Part shown: piece by piece, positions 1 to 11,543 of the stretch
How positions within the stretch are numbered: position 1 is the first letter of the stretch
Layout of the letters: each line of letters begins with the position of its first letter
DNA from: an uncultured Nitrososphaerales archaeon
GTDB lineage: Archaea > Thermoproteota > Nitrososphaeria > Nitrososphaerales > Nitrososphaeraceae
Length of the DNA stretch: 64,000 nt
Assembly (NCBI GenBank): GCA_963713605.1
Contig: CAVQMO010000001.1
Location: 832,001 to 896,000, forward strand
Reading direction: 5' to 3'
The notes under the pieces: model-generated
Told to the model about the DNA's origin: nothing
What the model saw: the letters and a program-made list of their open reading frames with translations, nothing else
The model's database searches: none
Program-made: the position numbers and the translations under genes

Positions 1-934
1 TGGAATGACTATTTCGGCGAAACCCGCAGTAGGCCCGGACGCCATGAGCCTAACATCATTAGTCAGCTTAATTAATTCTATTGCGAGGTTTCTGATTGAC
101 GATGAGTAACATGTGACGTCAAATCGACTCTGTAGTGCAAAGTAAAGATTTTCAGATGATTTCATGTTTAGCTGCGATATGTCTCTAAGATGGCGAATTG
201 ATGCTTCCCGGTATCCAGCCGGTGAATTAGCGCCACTGCCCACGGCCGTACCTCCTAAGGCAACAGCATACAGGTTTTCCGATGCTTGCACTATTTTCTG
301 TCTGGCACTTTCAATTGAAGAACAATATCCGCTAAATTCATCTCCTAATGTGATAGGAAGTGCATCCATCAAGTGGGTTCTCCCAATTTTCACAGTATCA
401 TTAAATTCTATGCTCTTGTTATTCAGAGACTTGATTAACAGATCAATGGCCTGTAAGAAATTATTTAGACCCAATAGTATTGACAGATGCATTGCAGTGG
501 GAAATGTATCGTTACTTGATTGAGACATGTTTACATGATCATTGGGGTTGATTATCTCATACTTGCCTCTCTCCTCGCCAATCGTTTCTAGTGCAATATT
601 TGCGATTACCTCGTTAATATTCATGTTAAAGGCAGTTCCAGCACCTGAATTAATGGGCTCAATGATGATATGATCCAAGAACTCACCCGAAAGTAATCTA
701 TCGCAAGCCTTTACGATTGCGCTGGAAACTTTCTCAGGAAGAACTCCCAGTTCGCAATTGGACAAAGCCGCACACTTTTTGATCATAGTGTATGCTCTAA
801 TTAAATCCGGGTGTGATCTTTGCCCCGAAATATTATACTGATTGCTGGCTCTTACAGTAAAAGGGCCATAATATGCATCAAAAGGAACCTTAATCTCTCC
901 TAGAGAGTCCTTGTCAATTCGAAAGGTGAGACAT
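1..934 (-). CDS. Class II fumarase / aspartate ammonia-lyase family protein, 5' part (runs off the window start; apparent 1-nt indel just after the ATG)
   Basis: Minus-strand translation gives FRIDKDSLGEIKVP, AGAGTAFNMNINEVIAN, NPNDHVNMSQSSNDTFPTAMH and KIGRTHLMDALP, all fumarase/aspartase superfamily motifs. Not in the ORF track because there is no in-frame start. Confidence 0.9.
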
Positions 935-1264
935 GGATCTCTGATGACTACGATGGTAGCATGTTAATAAATCCATCGAAGCCGTCTTCCATGCCCGCAT
1001 AGGCATGTAGCGACTCGAGGTCATTCCCTTTACAAAAGGCTAGATGTCACAAATTAAGGCTTAGGTTTGAATCTGGAACAATTATTTCTGACACTCAAGG
1101 TACTTACTTGTTGTGGTTGAATCTATCCCCCTATGGTTAAATCAAGTCGATATTGGTAATTTCTATTGCAAGGGGATGTCCAAATTCACGAGGAGAATAG
1201 CCCAAAACTCTATGACCTATTCCAACATTGATTCAAGGAGTATTTAGGTACATTATCAGCTTTA

Positions 1265-1618
1265 TTGCTGCTGCTTAGCAACTACATTGAACTTTTGGAT
1301 ATTTATGTTGCTGATTCTGTTCATGGTTTGATGAGCGTTTTCACATCAGAAGAAGTGAGCAGGAAGCTCGCGGATTTTGGTATAATAATGAAATATATGC
1401 CATTCCTCCAGGAACATGGTTTCTCTGAATTTGGAAAAGGGCAATTGACAGGTAAAATGGAATTACTCAAAGAGGGCTTCTCGGATTCTACGACGAATCA
1501 TTCAGAGCAGCAACTTGATCGAATTAGCGCTGGTCGGGTTCATCTAAGTTCTCGTGATTACGAGGAACAAGTTGTGATAACGTCTAGTACCCCGTCTATT
1601 GGGGCCCCACCCATTTAG
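1265..1618 (+). CDS. Hypothetical protein or gene fragment
   Basis: 117-aa ORF with protein-like composition but no recognisable motif; start uncertain. Confidence 0.3.
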   Translation: MLLLSNYIELLDIYVADSVHGLMSVFTSEEVSRKLADFGIIMKYMPFLQEHGFSEFGKGQLTGKMELLKEGFSDSTTNHSEQQLDRISAGRVHLSSRDYEEQVVITSSTPSIGAPPI

Positions 1619-1954
1619 AGGACTCGAACAACAAGAGGCAGAATTTTAATGATGGAGAAAAAAATCCTATGGGCAGTAAGACAGCTGAGAGAACCGATGT
1701 TCAAAGTAAGGGGAGAAAATATCTACTTGAAAATAACAGATGGAATTTCAAGAACGACGATGAATCATCATGGGTAACGCGAATCAGAAAATTAGCTGAT
1801 ATGTAGTTCCTAATTTGTGTGCGTTTGAAACTTTCGACCAGCAAAAGAAGCGACAAAAATCTAACTACATGAATCATTATGCTAAATTGTGTAAAAAAAG
1901 TGGACAGCCATAGTATAATAAACGGGCCATTTCCTTGTTGTCTCAACTAGCTCA

Positions 1955-2308
1955 CTACAATAGCTTCAGATCCTTGGTTATTCGATCGATTAGTGGGGAT
2001 GGGGCAGGCCCAATTCCCAGACATGTTATGGTCCCTGCGGGAAGTTGTGTTAACCCCCTATCTTGTATCTGAACTACTGGAAGACCTGAAGTTTGTGCCT
2101 TCTGCTTAATGTTGTGTAAATCCTCAAGAGAAAGAACTTTAACGACCACTTTAGCCTGACCGGAGTTAAACCATTTCATAAACCATGAAGGATTACTCGT
2201 CATTACTTGCTCTGCTCCAGATACAGCTGCGTGAGCTACCTGGGCAGCTAACTTACCGATACCCATTCGAAGCTCCTTCCTTACCACGATTACCTGCTTG
2301 AATTCCAT
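1955..2308 (-). CDS. pth2: Peptidyl-tRNA hydrolase Pth2
   Basis: KQVIVVRKELRMGIGKLAAQVAHA and IQDRGLTQLPAGTITCLGIGP are Pth2 signatures. Confidence 0.95.
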   Translation of the reverse strand: MEFKQVIVVRKELRMGIGKLAAQVAHAAVSGAEQVMTSNPSWFMKWFNSGQAKVVVKVLSLEDLHNIKQKAQTSGLPVVQIQDRGLTQLPAGTITCLGIGPAPSPLIDRITKDLKLL

Positions 2309-2365
2309 TCTTGTACGACGTTAGCTTAGTTAATAAATCGAGTTATTTATTTCCAATACGAAGTA

Positions 2366-3566
2366 ATGAACAGAACCAAGTACGATGTGGTAGTAGTAGG
2401 TGGTAGTCTCTCTGGATTATTGACGGCTCGAGAGATTGGTTCAAATTCGTCAATCTCAGTCAAGGTCTTAGAAGCGGACCACGAAATTGGTACTCCCGAG
2501 CATTGTGGAGGGCTAGTGAGCCTCAGCGGTTTGCGGAAGTTGGGTATAGTCCCGTCTTCTAGAACGTTTAGAAACCATATTACAAGAGCCAAAATATGTT
2601 CAAGATATTCCTCCTTTGTAGTTGATGCGAAACTACAGGATGTGGTGGCCATCGATAGGAGGGAATTAGATAAGCAGATTGCTTTTCAAGCTCAAAAACT
2701 TGGCGTTGAAATAACAACGATGAATTCGATGAAGTCAGTCTCGACATGTCCTAAAATAGATGAGAATCTATCTCACAAAGTCGAAAATTGGTACACTTAT
2801 GCCGTGAACACTGCAGAAGGGACAGTTTATTGCAAGTATTTTGTGGATGCCAGAGGATTGGCGTCACTAATAAGAAGACATAGAACTGGGATATTGCCAT
2901 CAGCACAGTACGAAGTGTTCGCTCCGTGGATAGATCCTGATACTGTGGAGCTGTATTTTGACGCAGATAAATATCCAGGTTTTTTTGCTTGGATAATTCC
3001 TCTAGGAGAGAACAAGGCGAAAATAGGCGTAGCAGGTAAAGACATCAATATAGTAAATTCCATCAATTCATTTCTCGAATCAAAAGGTTCTTCATATTCG
3101 ATATCAAGAAAGATATTTGCCCCAATTTATGTATCAGGACCGATAAGGCGTTTTATCGATGGACACAGGTTCTTGATCGTAGGAGACGCTCGCTGGCCAA
3201 ACGAAACCTACAACGGCTGGGGGTATTCTAAGTTCAGGAACGGGGGGAGTGCTTGCTGGTCGGGCAATCGTTAAGGCGATAGAGCAAGAAGATGACTCAT
3301 TTCTGAAAAACTATCCTCGTGAATGGCACTCTATGTTTGGGTTCGAATTCAAAAAGTTGATCCTTGCTCGGAAGTTATTCGAACATTTGGACAACAAGGC
3401 CATCGATGAACTATTTTCATCGGTCTCCCAGCCAACTCTAGCTCGAATCTCTCAGGATGGGGAATTCGACTTTCATTCGGCTCCCCTTTCATTAATTCTT
3501 AATGCAAAGTCTACCTCGAGGATAGTTAAGGGTCTCTTGGAAAGCAGATTAAGGAGAGCCAAGTGA
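2366..3566 (+). CDS. Geranylgeranyl reductase-family FAD oxidoreductase (frameshift near 3190; ORFs 2366-3274 + 3249-3566)
   Basis: N-terminal FAD-binding YDVVVVGGSLSG, EHCGG, FAWIIP and LIVGDA motifs; the C-terminal half continues in a second frame. Confidence 0.85.
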
Positions 3567-3609
3567 GCAAGATATAAATCCCGTGGAGAAACCATACTAG
3601 AAGATATCA

Positions 3610-3789
3610 ATGCCAACTTCGTTACAATTGCCCGTATGCACGTCATGTGGTCGTCCTATAATGCCAAACGATGAGTGCGTTAAATTTTATTGTCCCAGTT
3701 GTGGTTATGTATTAGTTTGGAGATGTGAAAGCTGTAGAGAATTCGCTAGACTGTACAAGTGTGTAGGATGCGGATTCGAAGGACCTTAA
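3610..3789 (+). CDS. Small double zinc-ribbon protein (DUF1610/HVO_2753-like), 59 aa
   Basis: Own translation: MPTSLQLPVCTSCGRPIMPNDECVKFYCPSCGYVLVWRCESCREFARLYKCVGCGFEGP. Four CxxC motifs and a C-terminal GFEGP; lies directly upstream of EF-1beta as in other archaea. Confidence 0.9.
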   Translation: MPTSLQLPVCTSCGRPIMPNDECVKFYCPSCGYVLVWRCESCREFARLYKCVGCGFEGP

Positions 3790-3795
3790 TTAGAA

Positions 3796-4077
3796 ATGTC
3801 CAAACTAGTTGTCCGTGTCAAAATTTTACCATCTGATGCAGAAACAAATCTAGACGAGGTTTCAAAGTCACTCTCAGAAACAATTCCGTCGGGAATGATA
3901 TTGAATGCCGTTTCCAAAGAGCCGGTTGCATTTGGTTTATTCTCACTGTTAATTGATTTCATCCTCGATGATAGTGAGGGTCAGATGGATAAACTTGAGA
4001 ATTTTCTTGGCAGAACCGAAGGCGTTGGACAGTTTGAGGTTGTGGCTATGAGCAGAAGATCAGTGCAGATTAAGTAA
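3796..4077 (+). CDS. ef1b: Translation elongation factor 1-beta
   Basis: VKILPSD...EPVAFGL motif, 93 aa, conserved gene context. Confidence 0.93.
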   Translation: MSKLVVRVKILPSDAETNLDEVSKSLSETIPSGMILNAVSKEPVAFGLFSLLIDFILDDSEGQMDKLENFLGRTEGVGQFEVVAMSRRSVQIK

Positions 4078-4469
4078 ATTTTGCACTTTGCATCCGTGTT
4101 TTAGCGGCTCATGATTCTTGTGAGCTGCTCAATTACAATCGAAGCGGTTTTGTTCTCCAATCTAGTCGAAACTCAAAAGAAAGGCAGATACTCTAACTCA
4201 ATAGAAGGCAAGGTCAATGGTGGAGACGTCCGTAGTTTTGAAACGTCGTAGATTTTCTGCTCGCCTTTTTATTTTCCTCTGAATAAAATAGATTTTTTTT
4301 GAGCCATGGAGGGGATCAGGAATATTCCTATCATGAACAGCCTTGGGCCCAATGACTAAGAAAACTATGAGGATTTTCAAGCAACGTATTGAAAAAGATG
4401 GCCTCGGCAAAGAAATGGAAAAAGAAATGCCGATTAAATTCGAGGTTTTCCAAAATCGAAATGTGTGAA

Positions 4470-5386
4470 TCAGAACCTTACATAGAATAGGGCGTCCAAA
4501 GCAATGCCGACAAATAGAATAACTAAGTAAGGCGCAGTAACTTTGTAGGCCTTCCAAGCAAATTCCGGGGTTGGCTCCTTCGCTAATTTATAATGGTAAA
4601 TTAGCATTAACGAACCAGCGATAGCTGCTATAATTGTATATAATACTCCTAGCCCAAAGAAATAGAGAGCTAATGAATAAGGCAGTAACAGTGCTGTATT
4701 GTAAAAAATGTATGTCGCAGTTTTCTGGTTTCCAACCAGTACAGGCAGCATCGGAACGTTTATTGTAACATACTCTTCCCGAGCCTTGATAGCCAAACAC
4801 CAAAAGTGTGCGGGCGTCCATAAGAATACCAATAGTCCTACCAAAAATCCCAGCAAGTCTATAGAACCTGTTGCAGCAGACCACCCAGCCCAAGAAGGCA
4901 GCGCTTCCTGCAAAACCGCCAATTACGATGTTGGATGGATTATTCCGCTTGAGCCAAATTGTATAAACTACTACGTAGATGAATATTCCTAATGCGATCA
5001 TAGCTCGCTGTCACCAAATTTAAAGTCAATACCGCAAGAGAGACCGAAACCGCACTTAGGAGAAGCCCGAAGAATAGCACCTTCTGCGGGAGTAACCTAC
5101 CCGAGGGAATTGGCCTTTTTGATGTTCGTTGCATAACTTTGTCAATATCCCTGTCGTAATAGTGGTTCAAGGCACTCGAGCCCATAGATGCCAAGGCTCC
5201 AGTTATAATCAAGAAAAGGAGGCTCCACATTGAGATATCCCAACCCACCTCGGGAGTATTATCAAACCTACTCGCCGCCAGCATAGAGGTTATTGCCGTA
5301 ATAACAAGAACTACTACAATTCTGGGCTTGGATACTTCCAGATACTCTCTCACAGCCACATTTTTGGACCTTAGATGAGCTCTCAC
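4470..5386 (-). CDS. ctaB: Protoheme IX farnesyltransferase (heme o synthase), two frameshifts
   Basis: [44 protein letters not shown] and WTPAHFW..VPMLPV, spread across three overlapping ORFs. Confidence 0.92.
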
Positions 5387-5469
5387 TATTCTACCATTTA
5401 ACTCATTCGCCTATTTGAATGAGCCAGAATGCGAATATTCAGTGTGACCTCAAACTGCATTCCTTCGCA

Positions 5470-5761
5470 TTATTCCCTGATACTTTCAAGAGTAGAAACT
5501 ACTTGCCAGAGCATTGTCCGGATGTGTGATTCCATTTGTCTATTTTGAGTCAGTCCATCAAGCATACTTACGGCATTAGCTCGCCCTTACTGTGATAGTA
5601 CCAGATTTCTCATCCTTCAAAGTTGCCAAAACATCTTTTACAAGGTTTCTAGTATTCCTTTGTATATCCCTATTCTTAACTATGGCATCCAAACTCGAGA
5701 TGGTCTTTGTCAATTTTTCAAGGTTCACTCTCTCATTCTCTTCTTTTTTACGTGCGCTCAT
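5470..5761 (-). CDS. UPF0147 family protein (frameshift near 5580)
   Basis: IQRNTRN...VRA / ANAVSMLDGLTQNRQMESHIRTMLWQVVSTLESIRE matches the archaeal UPF0147 pattern. Confidence 0.8.
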
Positions 5762-5843
5762 ACAAGATTAATAAAATGTTCCCCATTATTTGCTTTAGCG
5801 CATAAGAAGGTTATTAGGCCGTTTATCCTAATGCTACAAAATA

Positions 5844-6482
5844 ATGGCTATAGCAGCTGAGAATGTAAAGGCAACATTAAAGAAAATCTCATCAGAGTTA
5901 GATGATGTCGAACATAGACGGGAGCTATTAATCAAAGGGACAAGGGGGGTGATCATGAAATGCAGCAAATCTATTATGGCATTACATAGAGGGAGGTTCG
6001 AGGATGCCGCCAAACTCCTTGAAGAGGCTCAGGCTGAATTAAGCTCTCTCAGGTCATACGTACGTGACGACCTTGAAAGGTATCTTATCAATGCTGAACA
6101 GGAGTTAGTCGAAGCATACCAACTCAAATGTGTGTATGAAAAGACCAGCCTTGCTGCGAAAGAGGATCTGAATGTCGCAACTTCGTCGTACCTTCTAGGT
6201 CTTTTGGACTCCATAGGTGAGATAAAGCGAATGATTTATGACAATTTACGAACTGAACGAACTTCGGATGCATTGAATTTGTTTGCTTTGATGGAAGAAC
6301 TATACAGCTCAATTTATCCTTTTTCAGTTTATGACAACATTGTCCCCGGAATTAAGAGGAAGTTGGATGTGGCAAAGCTGCTCATCGAAAATGCTAGATC
6401 AACGCTCACAGAGGAATCCAGTAGGAATTTGCTTATCAAAAAAATGGGTATTTTGGAGAAGCAATTAGGAACTTCAAACTAA
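5844..6482 (+). CDS. Translin/TRAX-family RNA-binding protein
   Basis: RELLIK, AEQELVEA, YLLGLLDSIGEIKR and KRKLD motifs. Confidence 0.88.
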   Translation: MAIAAENVKATLKKISSELDDVEHRRELLIKGTRGVIMKCSKSIMALHRGRFEDAAKLLEEAQAELSSLRSYVRDDLERYLINAEQELVEAYQLKCVYEKTSLAAKEDLNVATSSYLLGLLDSIGEIKRMIYDNLRTERTSDALNLFALMEELYSSIYPFSVYDNIVPGIKRKLDVAKLLIENARSTLTEESSRNLLIKKMGILEKQLGTSN

Positions 6483-6546
6483 AATTATGCTTTTTGGTCT
6501 ATAGATATCCTTCACCACAGATCTTATAACTATCAGATAATCATAT

Positions 6547-7987
6547 CTAATATCCCATAATTTCCATCAGGCCATTTTGCCATTCGGTAAACCCATCGGG
6601 AGCACTAGGATAATCATTATAATGTTTGACAAGCAAAGCATTTACCTCTGCAGTTCGCTTCAAAGATGCCGCCAGCTTTTGATTCATTACACTTGCAAAT
6701 ACAAGTCCCATCTTTCCGACAAGGCCGAATTCTGGATGCTCACCATTAGTTATTTTTTCTACATCGAACTTTGAGATAAAATGCTTCATCCCATAATTAA
6801 TTTGCTCATTGGAAAGTCCTTGCAACATACGTCTAAACACCTCAAGACCGGCCGTCTTGTACCCGTATTCATCTATAAATTCCTTGTTATAGTCCCATAA
6901 ACCTGCCTCAGAGATATTTCCTCGCTGAATGGCATTCACTGCATGTTCTCCTGCAAGCGTAGCTGCGATTATGGCCGGACCAATCCCCCCCGCATCCAAG
7001 GGCTTTGGCATCCAAGCTGAATCCCCAACAAGCATATACCCATTTGCCACCATGCAGTCATTCTGCCTGCGAACTGAGACCTGCCAGGTCCCCCATGAAT
7101 TTCCGCTATCTTGATCCTCATCTGATAATCTAGGGTTGTGAACAGCAGGATTTGAATTTAGGTAATTGTCTATTAAATGCTTAAGATTGACGCTCTTACC
7201 ACTTTTTTTATTCATCTGATCTAATGCTTTTTGTTGGACTCCTAATCCGATATTTGCCTTCAAATTACCCTTAGGGAATACCCACGCGTATCCACCAGGA
7301 GCAATATTTTGGTCTAGATGTATTATACAATATTCTGGGTCAAAATATGTTTTGTCATCAATGCCAACATTGAATGTGCATATGTATCTCCCCGTTGCCT
7401 CCAAATCGTCTCTCTGTATCTTTCTCTGAATGTAGGAGTTAACCCCCAGGTTTGTTCTCAGGACCTGAGGTTACTCCTGTGCAATCAATGACAACTGAAG
7501 ATGTTTTCCTGAACGGAGCTCTCTCTTTCAAGTCATCGCCTTCAACTCCTATTACCGTATTTCCATCGGTAATTAGTCCTCTTAGCATAATGTTCCCTCT
7601 AAGGTCAACACCCCTAGATATGGCGTCTCTAGCTTGCCTCTGTGGCAGGAGCTTTCTATTCAAAATATAACCCTCTCCATCAAATGAAATTTTCGTTTCA
7701 TGATTGGGAGAGTAGGCGACAACTCCTTTTACTGGATGTTCAATTTCAGGATACTGCCAATTTATATTTATTCTATTATTCATGTAGTCGACGGGTTTCT
7801 TACCAACTGCATCACCGCAAATCCAACCCGTCAGTGTCTTTTTACCTAAAGATTCTATATCATTTCTGTCTACTACCAAGATTCTTAGCGTTTGTGATGA
7901 GTAATGAGCAGCTGAGCATGCAGCAATCATGCCAGACAAACCCCCGCCAGCGATTATGATGTCGTAATCTCTGTTAACAGCAGACAT
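6547..7987 (-). CDS. Digeranylgeranylglycerophospholipid reductase-like (GGR family) flavoprotein (frameshift near 7460)
   Basis: YDIIIAGGGLSG, ICGDAV, APGGYAWVFPKG and LVGDSAWMPKPLDAGGIG. Confidence 0.88.
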
Positions 7988-8062
7988 GGTCCTATAGGCG
8001 TCAATTGCTGCATCTGTATTTAAAGTTAAGTTGACCTAAGATTCTGATTCCCCTGTAAGGTC

Positions 8063-9829
8063 CTATTTGACAGTCACTGATTTGGCGAGGTTTCTAGGAT
8101 AGTCTGGGTTTGTATTTTTCTCAAGTGCTAGATAATATGCAATCATTTGAAATGGTATTACCTCCAAAAGAGGACATAAAGTTTCATCCATTTCTGGAAT
8201 TGATATAAATTGATCATATACGTCACTTGGTGAACTTCCAATACCTATCAGCGATGCACCTCTTGCCTTTATTTCGTGAGCATTGGCCTTCACATCGTCG
8301 AAGGTAGAATCGTTTGGGTTCAGTACCAGAATACAGCTATTCTTGTCCATGAGTGCTAGGGGTCCATGCTTCAGCTCACCAGCCGGGATCCCTTCCGCAT
8401 GAACGTAGCTCAACTCCTTGATCTTCAGAGCTCCCTCAAGTGCAATGGGATAATGGATTGATCTGCCCAATACATAGATGTCTTTCGCGTCCTTAATTTC
8501 GTTAACGATTTGCTCAATCATGCTCTGATTATCGATTAATTCTTTCACTGCATTCTGCAATCTATCTCTCTGGTCTTCCAATCCGATAACTCCTCCGGAC
8601 AATTCATCTATTATGGAATAAAGTAACATCAACTGCGAAGTAAAACTCTTGGTCGCTGCTACTCCAATTTCTGGCCCGCAATTCATGTGAACAGAAATAT
8701 TACTCAACCGTGCCAGAGACGAGGTGGGAACATTCACTATCGAGACGATCTTTGAGCCTAGTAGCTTCGCCTTCTTTACAATCTCTAGAACATCTGCCGT
8801 TTCCCCACTCTGCGAAATGGCTACAATTACAGAGTCAGGCTCAATTTCATCAACTAGATATTGGAATTCACTTGACATGATGGCATCTGACTTTCTTCTT
8901 CCATACCTTGAAAGAAGGTTTTTTGCCACTAATGCACAATGATAACTTGTCCCACTCCCAGTAAAGTACACAAACGGAGCCGATTTCAGTAACTCACTGA
9001 CTTGCTCGATCATATTTTCTTGACCCCTCCCAGATTTAACAATGGTATCTGCCTGTTCATTGATCTCTTTGATGGTAAAATGAGCATAAGTCCCCTTGTC
9101 AATTCCCCCAAATTCCCAAGCCACTTGAGTGATTGGTCTCATGATAGGTGCACCGTCAAAACTAATCATTTCCATTTCCGAGCCCTTCAAGATGACAATA
9201 TCTCTATTGTCTAGGAAAATTGCTCTGTCTGTGTAATTTAAAAATCCTACAACATCGCTGCTTACATAATAACCGTCATTTGAAATACCCACAATTAGAG
9301 GTTCGTCGAATCTAACTCCAGCAATGGTCCCATCACTGAACGCTGCTATAAATGAAAACGCGCCAACCAATTTTTTAGCAGTATTCAGGACCGCTCCTTT
9401 CAGATTGCCAGAATGAACATAATCCTCTTCAAGCAGATGTGCAATGACTTCACTATCAGTTTGGCTACTAAAAATATGACCATTCATTACGAGCTTTGAT
9501 CTTAGCTCCGCGAAGTTCTGAATTATTCCATTATGCACAACTGCTATCTCTCCATTGCAAGATGTATGAGGATGGGCATTCTCCTCTGTGACCATTCCAT
9601 GCGTTGCCCATCTTGTATGACCTATTCCAATTCTGCCAGGCAGTATTCTCAAAAGTAAATTTGAATCCACATCTTCAACTCTACCTACCCCTTTTTTGAC
9701 GCTTACCTTGCCATCATTAATAGTCCCGATTCCTACGCTGTCGTAACCTCTGTACTCCATTTTCTGCAAGCACGTCACTAGAAGAGGAGCAGCTAGAGAC
9801 TTGCCTTTGTACCCGATAATTGAACACAC
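8063..9829 (-). CDS. glmS: Glutamine-fructose-6-phosphate aminotransferase
   Basis: The GTG start at 9829 places the catalytic Cys at the N-terminus (CSIIG); EYRGYDS, GHTRWATHG, SQSGET, GELKHGP and PRNLAKSVTV are present. Confidence 0.97.
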   Translation of the reverse strand: MCSIIGYKGKSLAAPLLVTCLQKMEYRGYDSVGIGTINDGKVSVKKGVGRVEDVDSNLLLRILPGRIGIGHTRWATHGMVTEENAHPHTSCNGEIAVVHNGIIQNFAELRSKLVMNGHIFSSQTDSEVIAHLLEEDYVHSGNLKGAVLNTAKKLVGAFSFIAAFSDGTIAGVRFDEPLIVGISNDGYYVSSDVVGFLNYTDRAIFLDNRDIVILKGSEMEMISFDGAPIMRPITQVAWEFGGIDKGTYAHFTIKEINEQADTIVKSGRGQENMIEQVSELLKSAPFVYFTGSGTSYHCALVAKNLLSRYGRRKSDAIMSSEFQYLVDEIEPDSVIVAISQSGETADVLEIVKKAKLLGSKIVSIVNVPTSSLARLSNISVHMNCGPEIGVAATKSFTSQLMLLYSIIDELSGGVIGLEDQRDRLQNAVKELIDNQSMIEQIVNEIKDAKDIYVLGRSIHYPIALEGALKIKELSYVHAEGIPAGELKHGPLALMDKNSCILVLNPNDSTFDDVKANAHEIKARGASLIGIGSSPSDVYDQFISIPEMDETLCPLLEVIPFQMIAYYLALEKNTNPDYPRNLAKSVTVK

Positions 9830-10009
9830 ACGCATAATTATCTAATAACATAATTAAAAATAGCCAAAAGGACGAAATGACCACTACATTAATGCATTTA
9901 ATCTAGAATCCGTCTTCATTAACGATTTCCGACCCAACACGATAGGATAGAGCCCAAAGTTTTTTTGTACCTGTCATGATTTATATATAATCTTAGCCAA
10001 CGTCAGTCG

Positions 10010-10969
10010 TTGGAAAAGACCCTTCTTTATAATGTGGGCGACAAGATGTTGTCCAAACCGATAACCGTTTATCAAGATGTCAGTCATATGAATGTCCTTT
10101 CTAACCCGGTAGCCTGGAAGATTATGCAATTGCTTTCGTCTGAGCCAAAATATACTGCCCAAGTGGCAAGGGAGCTTAGGATTTATGAACAAAGTGCGTA
10201 TTACTACATGCAAAAACTAGTGCGCATAGGAGCTATCCAGCATTCCGGAACAAAAACAATCAGAGGAGGGACCGCTCGTCTTTTCAAAACGGTCAACCCG
10301 TCCTATGGTTTAGAAATGGACTGGGGAGAGTCTCAATTTAGTGTTCTGTCGAATAACAACCGTCAGGACTCTAGCAACTTAGTTTTCTTTAAAGAATTCA
10401 TAAAAGATAATCTTTTTAACGGACTCATTGTCGTAGGTGCTCCAGATCCACATGGTCCGTACAAATCGTCCGCGAGGGATGGGCATTATGCCATCCAGCT
10501 GGCATTTTCTCTAGGGAATTTGTGCAGTATCTCTGATGAATTCATAGTAAAACTCGATTCTGACGCGAGGGCAGAACGAGCCATTAATGGTCGCAATATC
10601 GTGAGTATAGGGGGCCCCGGAACAAACATAGTTACGGCAGAATTTAACAAATATCTCCCAATTAGGTTCAATGAATCAAACTTTTGGTCTGGCCTGGTCG
10701 CTGAGACAGGGGAGTTATATAATATGGACAATCACGGCTTGATTGCCAAGATACGAAATCCTTATGATGAGAAAAATACAGTAATCGTAGTGGCTGGGGT
10801 AAGGTCTATCGGTACCAAATCCGCCGTCTTAGGACTAACAAATTTTGCAAGCCAAATCTTGAGGAATTATACTGATGGACATGAGTTGGCCATAGTCGTG
10901 CAAGGCTTCGATATGAACGCAGATGGGAAAATCGACCATGTTGACATACTTAAGGAGATTTGCAAATAG
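10010..10969 (+). CDS. ArsR-like winged-HTH regulator with C-terminal S-layer-like (GGPxxN) domain
   Basis: N-terminal VLSNPVAWKIMQLL..YTAQVAREL..AYYYMQKLVRIGAI wHTH; C-terminal NIVSIGGPGTN and VVAGVRSIGTKSA. Confidence 0.75.
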   Translation: MEKTLLYNVGDKMLSKPITVYQDVSHMNVLSNPVAWKIMQLLSSEPKYTAQVARELRIYEQSAYYYMQKLVRIGAIQHSGTKTIRGGTARLFKTVNPSYGLEMDWGESQFSVLSNNNRQDSSNLVFFKEFIKDNLFNGLIVVGAPDPHGPYKSSARDGHYAIQLAFSLGNLCSISDEFIVKLDSDARAERAINGRNIVSIGGPGTNIVTAEFNKYLPIRFNESNFWSGLVAETGELYNMDNHGLIAKIRNPYDEKNTVIVVAGVRSIGTKSAVLGLTNFASQILRNYTDGHELAIVVQGFDMNADGKIDHVDILKEICK

Positions 10970-10986
10970 TCATGAGGAAATTTGAG

Positions 10987-11518
10987 TTATACATTACCTG
11001 ATGTAGATGATGATGGTGATGATGGGGATGTTGATGACTTTGAGAGTTCCAAATGGACAAGGAGCCTATTCTCTTCCTCTTTCCTAACTATGTGCCCTGG
11101 CAAGTTAACAAATCTATCTCCTATTGAAACATGCCCGTGAACAACTATCTGTCGCGCTGCATATGGTGATTTAGTGTCTATCTTTCTCATGATCATAGTT
11201 TGAAGTCTTCTTTCCAACAAGTGCTCTATTTTTAAGTTTAGAATATCATCTAATGAAGCTGTTTCATCTACTAGACCAAGCCGACTGAGGTACTCTGAGA
11301 AGCTTTATCTCCTGCTCATGTCTCTCTTCAGCCGGTAGCGCAAGCAGAGCCCTTGCCTGGTTTCTAAACCCAGCTACTTCAGTTTGAGCTCTCCATAATT
11401 CTCTCTTATTTCGAAGTCCGTATGATCCAATAATATAGAGCTCTGCACTGAGTTGATCAGATGTCCAAATTCTTCTGGGTCTGCTAAACGCTTTCCTTGG
11501 TCTTCGAGGATCTCCCAT
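10987..11518 (-). CDS. rps4: 30S ribosomal protein S4 (uS4), frameshift near 11290
   Basis: MGDPRRPRK..YGLRNKRELW and LERRLQT..ARQIVVHGHV. Confidence 0.95.
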
Positions 11519-11543
11519 TACTCATCCATCCTAAAATTCTTTG

